Below are positions 25,685 to 37,555 of a DNA stretch of 64,000 bases, one piece after another. Origin of the DNA: Octopus bimaculoides (lineage: Eukaryota); NCBI RefSeq assembly GCF_001194135.2, contig NC_068988.1, positions 96,539,743-96,603,742 of the forward strand, read 5' to 3'. The stretch's first letter is position 1. Each line of letters begins with the position of its first letter. Made by a program: the position numbers and the translations under genes. The notes beneath the pieces are model-generated. The model made no database searches and was not told the origin of the DNA. It was given only the letters and a program-made list of their open reading frames with translations.

Positions 25685-25727
25685 CAAAATTAGGTGCATT
25701 CATCCATAACGGACTCGTCAGATTCCA
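25685..25727 (-). ncRNA. Degenerate type I hammerhead-like motif
   Basis: Minus strand TGGAAT-CTGACGA-GTCC gttat GGAT-GAA-TGCAC-CTA-ATTTTG. Stem I is wobble-rich and A15.1 is missing. Confidence 0.4.
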
Positions 25728-25740
25728 AACGTGTGTATAT

Positions 25741-25875
25741 AGCTATGTGGTAAAAAGCTTCCTTCTCAGTCATATGGTTCCGGGTTCAGTCCCATTGCGT
25801 GGCACCTTGGGCAGGTGTCTTCTACCATCGCCTCTGGTCAACCAAAGCTTTCTTAATGGATTTCATCCGACGCAG
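25741..25875 (+). mobile_element. SINE family A, 5' fragment
   Basis: TGTGGTAAAAAGCTT...ATGGTTCCGGGTTCAGTCCCATTGCGTGGCACCTTGGGCAGGTGTCTTCTA. Confidence 0.85.
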
Positions 25876-26251
25876 TTTACTGGGCCTCCACAGAGATGGA
25901 AAATAATAAATACTTTCTATCAAAAAAAAAAAAAAAATGATTAGTGCAAACTAAAAATTTAAATAGCATTTATACAAATAAATAAAATGGTGAATGAAGG
26001 AAGGAATGAAAAACAGAGCAAACAAGCAAAAACGAAAAGCTACATAAATATGATGGAGTAAATTATACTTCCTGTTTTGAATAATATACATTTATAAAAT
26101 CATTCTTCCGGATTGATTTTTNNNNNNNNNNNNNNNNNNNNNNNNNNNNNNNNNNNNNNNNNNNNNNNNNNNNNNNNNNNNNNNNNNNNNNNNNNNNNNN
26201 NNNNNNNNNNNNNNNNNNNNNNNNNNNNNNNNNNNNNNNNNNNNNNNCCTC

Positions 26252-26286
<35 letters not shown>

Positions 26287-27057
26287 CATATATGGATGTA
26301 TATGCAGCATGTATGTGAGTACATGGATATATGAATATATGTATATGTAAGTATATATGTGTGTGAGTGTGTGTATACACACACACATACACACGCATAC
26401 ACACGTTTGTTTTGCCGGATTTAGATTATATGGAAATTACTGTGTCTTGCATGTGTTGCTATGATTTATATATAAAAAATATTTTCAGATAGTTATAATA
26501 ACGATAATTAGTTGAAAATTAAACCAGATATTGTCTCGACCTTTAACCCTTAAATTGAAGCACCTCCCCGTTGTGTAGCGGATATCATCCTACCCAGCAT
26601 CCGCATGGAAATATTTAAATGTTTTTTCCATGCAAGTGTGAACATCCCAAGGCTGGTTCCAGTCTATTGTTAAACAATTGGTACTTCGATGTAAACATCT
26701 GGAACATTTCCTCCATGCATAACTCACATCATTTACCTCCTGTTACATGACGAATAAAAGAGCTAATTTTTTCCCATCTTATGTTAAATTTAGCGTGTTT
26801 ATCCTGAAGCGAGTAGATGAACTTGATCAAGCTAGTGTTGTTTATCTTAACTCTATCCATAAGCGAATTCAAATAGATTTAAAGTTGGTCCAGGTCGCAG
26901 CTATATAAAAGTAGGAATCCCCTACCCATCAAAAAAAAAAAAAAAAGAAATAAAAGCCTTCATCGATATATTGAGTTCTTTCTCATACTCTGCGTATTTA
27001 AGGGATAGATTTTATATTTACTACACTTAGAAACTTCTATCTTTATTATTATTACAT

Positions 27058-27218
27058 AGCTGGCAGAATCGTTAGTTCACCCGTCGCTACGTTCTGAGTT
27101 TAAATTCCATCGAAGTTAACCTTTGCCTTTCATCCTTTCGGGGTTAATAAATTAAATACCAGTTGAGTACTGGGGTCGATGTGATCGACTGTTCCCCTCC
27201 CCACAAAATCCAAGCCGT
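27058..27218 (+). mobile_element. SINE family B with internal deletion in the head
   Basis: AGCTGGCAGAATCGTTAG...CTACGTTCTGAGTTTAAATTCC...TTTGCCTTTCATCCTTTCGGGG...TACTGGGGTCGATGTGATCGACT. Confidence 0.85.
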
Positions 27219-27287
27219 ACTATACTAAAAAGGGTTATAAGGTTATAATTACCTATATCAGAGGTACTCGTACCAGGTACCCTAATA

Positions 27288-27323
27288 TCTGTCTGTCTGT
27301 CTGTCTGTCTGCCTGTTTATCTA

Positions 27324-27404
<81 letters not shown>
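27288..27404. repeat. Compound (TCTG)n(TCTA)n microsatellite
   Basis: Tetranucleotide runs. Confidence 0.95.
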
Positions 27405-27746
27405 AATGATTGTATGTATGTAGCATGAATGTTTGCTTACATGCAGGTATTCACCCTTCCCAGATGTTGTTAAAAACCACACAACAAATCACGTATAAAG
27501 CTTAACCAGTTCTCTAGCAAACAGCTGACGGTGCATTTCCTATACAGTGCACATAAAGTTGGCACTCGTTAGGAAGGACATAATAAACTCGCTCACAAAT
27601 TCGCCATATCATTAAATATATAATGTAAACATTATATAAATCGGAAAGAAATTTGTAAATTTCAAATCGTTTTTATGAGTGTTTTCAGGTTGGTGTAAAG
27701 TTAAGGGTAACTAAATACTCTCTGGAGATTCTGCAATCCATCAGTC

Positions 27747-27874
<128 letters not shown>

Positions 27875-28487
27875 NNNNNNNNNNNNNNNNNNNNNNNNNN
27901 NNNNNNNNNNNNNNNNNNNNNNNNNNNNNNNNNNNNNNNNNNNNNNNNNNNNNNNNNNNNNNNNNNNNNNNNNNNNNNNNNNNNNNNNNNNNNNNNNNNN
28001 NNNNNNNNNNNNNNNNNNNNNNNNNNNNNNNNNNNNNNNNNNNNNNNNNNNNNNNNNNNNNNNNNNNNNNNNNNNNNNNNNNNNNNNNNNNNNNNNNNNN
28101 NNNNNNNNNNNNNNNNNNNNNNNNNNNNNNNNNNNNNNNNNNNNNNNNNNNNNNNNNNNNNNNNNNNNNNNNNNNNNNNNNNNNNNNNNNNNNNNNNNNN
28201 NNNNNNNNNNNNNNNNNNNNNNNNNNNNNNNNNNNNNNNNNNNNNNNNNNNNNNNNNNNNNNNNNNNNNNNNNNNNNNNNNNNNNNNNNNNNNNNNNNNN
28301 NNNNNNNNNNNNNNNNNNNNNNNNNNNNNNNNNNNNNNNNNNNNNNNNNNNNNNNNNNNNNNNNNNNNNNNNNNNNNNNNNNNNNNNNNNNNNNNNNNNN
28401 NNNNNNNNNNNNNNNNNNNNNNNNNNNNNNNNNNNNNNNNNNNNNNNNNNNNNNNNNNNNNNNCTCTCTCTCTCTCTCTCTCTCTCA

Positions 28488-28585
28488 AAACTTAGAACGA
28501 TTAAGTAGTAGGATCAATTTGATCGACTAAAACCCTTCGAGATGCTGCTCCTGAATGGCTGCTCTACGAGATTAAAGATAAAAGA
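28488..28585 (+). mobile_element. SINE family A, degenerate 3' tail
   Basis: GATCAATTTGATCGACTAAAACCCTTCGAGATGCTGCTCCTGAATGGCTGC resembles the tail at 42455-42530 and 51688-51790. Confidence 0.55.
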
Positions 28586-28775
28586 GGTTGGCTGATGGAT
28601 TAGAAAATTGGTGGAGCAACAGACGAAATACCTGGCGTAGTTAAGTGACTTCTCTTTACGTTATACGGTCACAACCCACCGATATACCGACTTTTTATCT
28701 TTCCGCGGTAAAATTAGTCCCAGCCAATATATATGAGTTGATATAATCGATTTTATTCACCCTAAATATATGCGC
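28586..28775 (+). mobile_element. SINE family B, very degenerate
   Basis: Remnants ACAGACGAAATACC, CTCTTTACGTT and TTGATATAATCGA in the expected order. Confidence 0.4.
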
Positions 28776-29911
28776 TGATGTTTTGCTAAAATGAAATATT
28801 TTTTATGAAGAAGGAACCGAATAAAAAATGATAGATAAATAAACGATGACGAAACTGATCCGTGTGAATGGTGTTGTAGAGGTGAGCGATGCTGGAGGGA
28901 AATGATTTGGAAATGTTTAGTGTGTGGGATTGGGGGATTGAGACACAGTAAGACGTGGCGACATAACGAGGAACGTATACGTCGTGTGGGCCTCAAGAGG
29001 AAAGCTCGTTGTTAGTTTATAAGAACGGAAGCGTTTCTGTAGCGGAGACAGCGTGTATATATGCGCCTCTAGATGATGAGCTTGCATTCTGCGAGGATTA
29101 AGACGTTCTGTTTCAATGGAGTGCCAGTTGTCACCTTTGCAATATATTTTCATAAAACATTCAAGTGGCACCGCAGGGTGTTTAACATTGCGATTGATTA
29201 AGATGTTGTTGATGACATACGATCCAAAATAGAATAAATCAAAATGCAAGCATCATGATCAACAACAACAAAAGCAATAACAAAATTAACCAGGAATAAA
29301 AATACATTCAAGAAGGGCTGGAAAAGGTTCATCCAAAACATTTTTAAAAGAGAGTAAATAAATAAATAAAGATGAAGAAAGATAAGCCTTTAAGTAAAAC
29401 CAGTAATTCTCCCATAAATCAATTGTCAGTTGGTAAATTACTAAAATGTAAGACGATTATACATTTTGACTGTAAGATAAAATACACACGAATAGATCGC
29501 AGGACGCCACAGATGCGCACGCATAAGCAGAGCCACACACACCCAGCCAAACATACAGACTACCTAGACATATACAGACCCCTCCCCCACACACACACAC
29601 ACATTGTTGTATCTCAGGAGGGCCATTACGCCAACAATAAACGCACGCACTGGTCCACTTACACTTCATTATATCATTACTTGTCAATTGTTTAGTTATG
29701 TAACCAACTAACTAATAGGTTGTTTAATCATTTGTTCTCTGTTGTAATAATAGTTAGGTTTCACAACCCATTTTATAAATATTTCATTATTGTTTCTTAT
29801 GTTACGTCCTGGAAAAAAATGAATAAAAATAAAATAATTTTCTTGTGTTAATCCCCAAGGAACGAGATGACGTCGATAGTTGTAGACAGATTGTATATGT
29901 GTGTATATATA

Positions 29912-29945
<34 letters not shown>

Positions 29946-30744
29946 AATGTATTTGTCAGTACAGGTTATATGTGTAATTAGTGGTATGATGTCTATGCGA
30001 ATGTATGTGTTAGGGGTATGACGTTTATATGTGTGTATGTTTGTGAGAAATATGATATTTATGCGTGTATATGTGCGTGTGATTATGTTGTGGTATAGTG
30101 TTTGAGCCTGTGTGTTTATACATGTAATATGCAAGTATATAATTGTATGTGTTATTTGTGTGTGTGTGTGTCTGGATGCATTTCTGGGAGTGTATGTATG
30201 TACTTGAATATATGTAAATGCACATATGTGTATATGTGTACGCATGTCCATATACGTGCATCTATGTAAGAGTATGTGTGCGCGTGAATGTCTGTGTGTG
30301 CCTGCGTGTGTGCACGTGCGTGGCTTTATAAAAATAAATTAGAACTAGCAGCCAGATATCTTCAAACCACATTCTACGGTTATGCAAAAAGGAATGACAA
30401 ATTAGGTAATGTGTTAGCAGATATAACGGGGCCAGAAAAAAGAGACCTGATCATTACGGTAAGATCGTTATAACTATAGACCCGCCCCACGGATACTGGC
30501 ACAGAGCTAAAGGACAAAGCCCCATCTGGAGACGAATCGATATATATATGTAGTTGTAAATATCTCCATGTCCCGCCGTTTTCTTCTGCTATATATCTGT
30601 CTATCAGTCTATCTGTCTGTCTGCACACACACACAGACACAGACAAACAAACCTCTCTGTCTGTACATATATATATATATATAGAGAGAGAGCACTACGA
30701 GACTATCCGAATTCCACCAGGTTGCTGCCTTGATAATAATGATC

Positions 30745-30932
30745 CTTTCTACTATAAGCAGTAGAATTCGATTACATTGACACCAGTACACAACTGGTAC
30801 TTATTTTATCGACTCCGAAAAGATGAAAGGTAAAGTCGACCTCGGCGGAATTTGAACTCAGGACCTAAAGACAGACAAAATGCCACTAAGCATCTTGCCT
30901 GGCGTGCTATCGATTCTGCCATCTCGTCGCCT
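30745..30932 (-). mobile_element. SINE family B, near full length
   Basis: CAACTGGTACTTATTTTATCGACTCCGAAAAGATGAAAGGTAAAGTCGACCTCGGCGGAATTTGAACTCAG...GATTCTGCCATCTCGTCGCCT. Confidence 0.9.
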
Positions 30933-31080
30933 TAATGATAATAATAGTAATAATAACGATAATAATTTTTATCGAATGTGACTTCGAAACGTAAGTTTCA
31001 GTCTTGTAACACTGATAGGTCATATGGTGTATTAACATAATATATGCCATGCACTGAATTAACATAATATATAACATATT

Positions 31081-31293
31081 CTTTTCTACTCTAGGCACAA
31101 GGCCCGAAATATTTGGGAAGAGGGCCAGTCAATTAGATCGACCACAGTACGTAACTGGTACTTATTTAATCGACCCTGAAAGGATGAAAGGCAAAGTCGT
31201 CCTCAGCGGAATTTGAGCTCAGAATGTAAAGACAGTCGAAGTACCGCTAAGCATTTCGCCCGACATGCTAACGTTTCTGCCAGCTCACCGCCT
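31081..31293 (-). mobile_element. SINE family B, full length (tail type ii)
   Basis: TTTCTACTCTAGGCACAAGGCCCGAAATATTTGGG...AACTGGTACTTATTTAATCGACCCTGAAAGGATGAAAGGCAAAGTCG...TTCTGCCAGCTCACCGCCT. Confidence 0.9.
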
Positions 31294-32658
31294 TGCAATA
31301 TTATAACATATTAGACTAATTAATTCATTTCAGAGAAAAAGAAAAAAGAAAATTAAAGACACTCAGTAACGAAGATGTGTAATTATCTGAGATAAAAACA
31401 AATTGCTAATAATCCAGTCTGTAAATGGCACGTCTATGAAGGCCCATTTCACAGAGGCCACAATGCCCGAAACCCGTCATTATAACGATAAGAGTAGTAT
31501 TTAAGTTTGCAGATAATAGGGGCTGTCAGCCATTGTATTTACCAGGGAAGAAGGCGGGACTGTCTCTATTAAAATAAGAAACAAACGAAATTACAGAAAC
31601 CTATTCTATAAGTGGCGGGCTGGAGGTGGGGTATAGTATTAAGTGTTTGTGTGTGTGTGTGCGCGCGTGCGTAAAGTGACCTGCGAATAGATATATTAAT
31701 AAAAACAATCTGCATTCAGCTATTTTATGCTTGATGATAGCGCAATATTTTTACGTACATTACAAAGATGTCCACCTTTGATATCCACGCAAGTACAGGT
31801 ACAGCTCCCCCACCACACACACATACACACACACATGCTCACAGAGGCACTAACGCAGGAAAATATTTGATTAAGAGAACGTATATCTGTAATGTGGCAG
31901 ACGAGAGAGAAGAGATGTATAAGGTATATGCAGCCTACTACACACAGCTGAAATAATTTTATTAATCGAAAGTGCAGGCTTCTATGACGAGGTTGCGACA
32001 TCTTTAGTTAATCAAAATGGCTGCGATACGCTTGCAAAGTGTGAACATAATTTTTCATAGCGTGCCGATGCTTGTAGAGCGATGTAAACCAGTTAGTAAG
32101 CAATGAAGGGCATAAAATATAGAAGGAAAGGTGAAATGACACTGAACAGCTGTAATAGATTGAGGAAAGACGCATATACTTTAAAATTCATCAATGTATG
32201 AATGCCTTCAATATTCGTTTCTTAATCTATTTTCTGCATGTGTATGACTTTTGTGTGTCTGTGGAACGTTATACGTTAGTAGCAGCACCTTCTGAAGGCT
32301 CCATTAGATAAACATATACTTACATCGAGATATATTTTTAATAGCATCGTTAGGATATATCTTTATCGGTTAGAACATATTTTTATCAGGTTATGCACTT
32401 TCATTATTATACGGTAGCAATTCTCACAAAGCGGTGATTTGGCAAAATCGTTTGATATCAAATAAAATATCGAGTTCTATTTTTCCGGGTTTTTCATATT
32501 GAGTGCAAATGCTACCGAAGTCAACTCCGCCAGAGCCTCAAACTTGAAGTGTTGCACTTAACAGCAGAAACAGTTGTGAGCTAATGAAGTTTATAAGATA
32601 CTTGCTTATTTCTTTGGCGTCCTTTTAACTTCCCCTCCCACCTTCTGATTCCTCCGAC

Positions 32659-33310
32659 ATGTCGTCAGATGAAGGCGACACAGAGGATTGGCAAGTGGCC
32701 GCAGGCGGAAGGAGAAAAAGGGGGAGAAAAGAATAGAGAAGCAGACAAACAAAGCAGGGATGTTTACCACCCCCGAAACCAAAACACCCACAGAAAACAA
32801 AAGCATCGACACAAACACACCAACACCAAACCCCGCAACAATGCTGACATCCATAAACACCAACAACCCAGACCTAATGGAATACATTAGGTCAAGCACC
32901 AACATAACAGAAAATGATGCCAAAACAAAGCATAACCCAAGCACAACACCACCGCAACACATTAAAATCATACACATAACACAGAACACACACAGCACCC
33001 TGAAACCTATCTACCCGGATGCAGTTGGGAGATTTTAAAAATACCTGTCCAAAAAACTATACAAAAACCCTCTGGGAGATGACTGTGAGGTGAAAGACAA
33101 ACAACTTTCGGACAAACAACCTTCGTTCCTTAGAGCACGCATCCTAGCCCTGACAACGCACTCTTCGTGTTTGGCGTTGAAGTGTTGGTCGAGGGCCAAC
33201 CTCGCCGCCAAAACGTCAGATACGATGCCACTTCAAACCCCCTCGGCAAGAGAGAAAGATGAACAGTTTCATTTCGATGGCTTTCAACCGTGTGGTGTCA
33301 GCTAAAGTTT
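32659..33310 (+). mobile_element. Possible degenerate retroelement ORF1/gag-like 5' region
   Basis: The plus strand is strongly A/C-skewed. A short ORF MSSDEGDTEDWQVAAGGRRKRGRKE* (32659-32736) has a WQ.V..RRKR-type motif, and a frameshifted T/N/P-rich ORF runs to 33038. No diagnostic domain is recognised. Confidence 0.35.
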
Positions 33311-34374
33311 AGATGATGCTGTTTCTTGAGAAAAACGGTCTTTCGTTTTGTTTCCAACCCCTGAAATTCTTTCTCAGGTCCATCGATCGATCTACGGCCA
33401 CAGAAATGAGATATCTGTGATTCGCTAAGAAGCCCTTTATATTCTAAACATAGCTTTAAGCACTATTTTACACGCGCACACACACGTACACACACACACA
33501 CAAACATGCACGTACAAACACAAACGCACCCCTCTCTCCCACTCTTTCTATCTTTCTTTCTCTCTCATCCCGTTTTATTAACTTATTCTTTTTTATTTTT
33601 ACTTGGATGATTATTTTAGTGAAAAAGTATTTTCCTTGAATTTAATGAAGTCGATGGAAGACAGACAACGGATATCTTTTGCCCCAAATTACAGGAAGTT
33701 GAGTAAATAATGCGACAAGTAAACACGGCTTTCACAACAAGCGATCCGATAACAACATGGAGGGAAACTATAAAAACGTTATCTGGAACGCTGTACGAGT
33801 TCGGTTTCTTTTCGTCTTTATATTAACCCTTTCCCTCCGCCTTATTTTACGTCTCATATTCTTCTTCTGACTCTAATATTACAATTNNNNNNNNNNNNNN
33901 NNNNNNNNNNNNNNNNNNNNNNNNNNNNNNNNNNNNNNNNNNNNNNNNNNNNNNNNNNNNNNNNNNNNNNNNNNNNNNNNNNNNNNNNNNNNNNNNNNNN
34001 NNNNNNNNNNNNNNNNNNNNNNNNNNNNNNNNNNNNNNNNNNNNNNNNNNNNNNNNNNNNNNNNNNNNNNNNNNNNNNNNNNNNNNNNNNNNNNNNNNNN
34101 NNNNNNNNNNNNNNNNNNNNNNNNNNNNNNNNNNNNNNNNNNNNNNNNNNNNNNNNNNNNNNGGCACAATGGATGAATTAACGCCATGTCATCTGAAGAA
34201 GAGGTAGACGTACGTAGGAAATGGTCGGCTCTGGTTACACATCTCAAACCATTACTTGCAATATTCTTGCTGCGATTTGATTTCTTTTGGACCGCAAACC
34301 GCTTAATTTACAACCTTCTGAGTCAAACGATAATAATGGTGCTGCTACGGCTAGTGTTGCTGGTGATTATGACG

Positions 34375-34388
34375 AGGATGATGATGAC

Positions 34389-34433
<45 letters not shown>

Positions 34434-34470
34434 AATGATGATGATGATGATGATGATGATGATAGTGATG
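34375..34470. repeat. (GAT)n microsatellite
   Basis: Trinucleotide run; the source of the spurious poly-D, poly-M and poly-H ORFs. Confidence 0.95.
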
Positions 34471-34592
34471 AGGAAAAAAGAAGAAATAATTATGATATAT
34501 GGGGTTTAGATAATCTTCATGATCATGACAAGCGTATTCGAAAAAATAAATAAATAACAATTACACATTTAAAACACACATACATGCTTATA

Positions 34593-34692
<100 letters not shown>

Positions 34693-35154
34693 TTACTCGC
34701 TCACACTATGTATATGTAATTATAAAATGTTGGAATATAGATTTGTATTTTTAAGCCTCTCCAGACTCTGTCGCCCTGAGTGACGCAGACATAATGAGAC
34801 AAGGCTTATAAAGAAATAAGTCAGACCCCAAAACGCATGCACGCGCGCGCACACACATACATGTGTGCATATATATATATATGCATGTACGTACGTATGT
34901 ATGTATCTACGTATGTATATATGTATGTATGAGTATATAAGCGTACACACATAAATATATATATAGACACGGGTGTGTACGATTGTGTATAGCAGAATAT
35001 ATTACTCAAAGAAATTCCAACTTTGATTTTCGCGTTTTATTTACAATCTTATAATAATATAACATAAGATAATGAAGTGACAGAATATTAAATGTCCATT
35101 CTGATTGAACTATTAGTTTCGTGCATTAAACTATGCAATCTTCGGGTTCATGTA

Positions 35155-36438
35155 TCAGGTCATCCCATAAGTTCTGTCCGAATTTTGAATAAAGAAAACA
35201 AGTGATCAAATGTTATATTTAATTAAAATTTAATCATCAATGTACTTTCCCCGATTATCTATGACTTCCTTCCATCAATTTACAAGCTTTTTAATCCCAC
35301 CGATGTAAAACTCTTTTGGTTTCAAAGCGAAGAACTCTGAAATGTCAGTTTCGACCTTCTCCTGGCTTGCGAAAGTTATGTCCCCCAAATGATTCTGTAA
35401 ACTACGAAACAAATGGTAGTCTGAAGGAGCAAGGTCGGGAGAATAAGGTGGATGAGCAATTTTTTTCCAACCAAGCTCTTCAATTTTCTGTGATGTGATA
35501 TTTGCAGTGTGGGGTCGCGCATTGTTCTGATGAAATATCATTCCTTTTCGATTCACTAAAGCGGGTCTTCTTTTCATCAAAGCTTGGTTCAAATGCTCTA
35601 ACAATCAGTAGACTTGAGCATTGATTGTTGCATTAGGTGGTAACAATTCAAAGTGAATTACTCCTTTGCAATCCCACCAGATAGAGAGAAGGACCTTTTT
35701 TCCATGAAGTTCCCTTCTTGGTTGTGGTTGAGTTTTCCCTCCTTTTACCAGGCCACTGTTTACGACGTTTAACATTTTGATAGAAGATCCATTTTTCATC
35801 ACCAGTCACAAGTCTATCCAAAAAGTTTGAACTGAGTTCGTGTGAATGGAGAGAAGAGCAGATGTCAACTCGTGATTTGCGGTTACTTTCGTACAATTCA
35901 TGAGTCACCCATTTTCCAAATTTAGGAACCTTTCCAAGCTGTTGAAGATGACGATGAACAATTGTATGGTTTGAACTAAGCTTTATTGCCAATTCTTCAA
36001 CTGATAATGCAGGATTTTCTTCAAGTAATGCCTCAAGGAGCTTATCATCAAACTCAACTGGACGTCCTGTTCGATCTTCATCTTCAAGGCTGAAATCTCC
36101 ACTTCTGAATTTTGCAAACCATCTTCTGCAAGTTCTTTCATTCAAGCATTCTTTCCTATAAACTGAATGTGTTTCGAGTCTCTTCGGCTGCAGAGTTTCC
36201 TTTTTGTACTGATAAAGCATTATGTGCCCTAAATGCTCTTTGGATACTTTCATGTTAGAAAGGGTTTTAATGAAAGAAATTTTAATTCTAATATTCTGTA
36301 AAATAATATTTAATTAGTTTAAATGTAAACAAATGCATAAAAATAATTTTTAATTCCATTAGACATTATAGAATACTATTAAATTTCATTCAATTTAAAA
36401 AAAAGGTAAAATCGGACAGAACTTACGAGATGACCTGA
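35155..36438 (-). mobile_element. Full-length mariner (DD34D) DNA transposon, about 1284 bp, non-functional
   Basis: The left TIR TCAGGTCATCCCATAAGTTCTGTCCGAATTTT (from 35155) matches the right end AAAATCGGACAGAACTTACGAGATGACCTGA (to 36438). TA duplication at 35153-54 and 36439-40. Confidence 0.97.
35275..36253 (-). pseudogene. Mariner transposase pseudogene
   Basis: Motifs WFAKFRSGDFSLED, WVTHEL (WVPHEL), VTGDEKWIFY, KVLLSIWWD, HQNNARPH and HPPYSPDLAPSDYHLF. It is split over three frames with a stop at about 35605, and the second catalytic Asp is replaced by Asn. Confidence 0.95.
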
Positions 36439-37489
36439 TAGTAGTGGTGACATTTATGTTTTACAATTGACAACTGTAGTGAGATGGCTAAAACGTGTGC
36501 CTTAAATACATTTGTATAGGCTCCGGAATGTTAATTTTTGCAAACTGTACTCTGACCAATCAGTGTGTGATTTTACTAAATTACTTAAGTTGATTGATGT
36601 TAGGTTTAGGCGTCACGGTTTGTTGAACATGTCAAGAAACCTGTATTTTGACCGTGGCTGAAGCAGTAATTGTTGGGCTATATTGGAACGCCTGTTGTGC
36701 CCCTTTCTGCTGACCATGGCTCCATAGTCTTGGTTGCAGTGGTCCATGTCACGTCTTTTATTGTGTTCACAGGGCATTGAGAAGCAGTCAAGATGGCGGC
36801 ATTTTGATGCCGACGCCAGTTATCATGGTATAGATAACCATTCTCTAATATTCATATGACTTCCAGTCCAATATGTCAACTACCTTTTTCTCAACTATAA
36901 CTCTAATCTTTATGCTCTCCAACGCCGTTGACCGTTCCCCAATACATGACGATGTATCTGAAAAGAGAAGACATGAAAAATTGTCAAATTTAACCCGAAA
37001 CCCTGTATATAACAAATGCATTATATACATGAGTGTGTATTAAATGTGCACATTATATATATGGGTGTGTGCATGTGTGTGTTTGTGTGTGTGTATGTGT
37101 GAATGTATGTATGTACATATGTTTATATTTATCTATACATGCGTAAATCAAACCCTGCCTGTCAGCACTCTCCTTCTCTAAAAGATACTTAATGAGATAT
37201 CATTAATCTTGTAAGCCATTTGTCAGTTGGGGAAACACAAGTTTTTGTCTCTGTCGTCTTTCTTAGCTTTAAGAAACCTATCTATCAGCCATACCCATAG
37301 AAGTAGATGGCTATAAGGGTATAAGGGTATAGGGGTATTACAGGCAAGTGAAAGAAGATCAATTTTAAGGTGCTAGTGGTGTTTAGACCGGCGATTTACT
37401 GCCAGTCTGCATTACATGTTGATAGCAAGCTGTATTTGGCCAAATTTGACTTTAAACTTCTAAGTACCTTGCTTGATACTTAGAAAGAG

Positions 37490-37492
<3 letters not shown>

Positions 37493-37552
<60 letters not shown>
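37493..37552. repeat. (GA)n microsatellite
   Basis: Perfect dinucleotide run. Confidence 0.95.

Positions 37553-37555
<3 letters not shown>

Noticed and set aside
28860-29060. KTWRHNEERIRRVGLKR resembling an RTE ORF2 C-terminus
   Set aside because: Similarity is too vague to support without a search.
34180-34235. CTGAAGA...GGAAATGGTC hammerhead-like spacing
   Set aside because: Neither stem I nor stem II pairs.
36790-36800. AAGATGGCGGC YY1/Pho-like motif as a promoter
   Set aside because: It is an isolated motif with no CpG island or sustained ORF.
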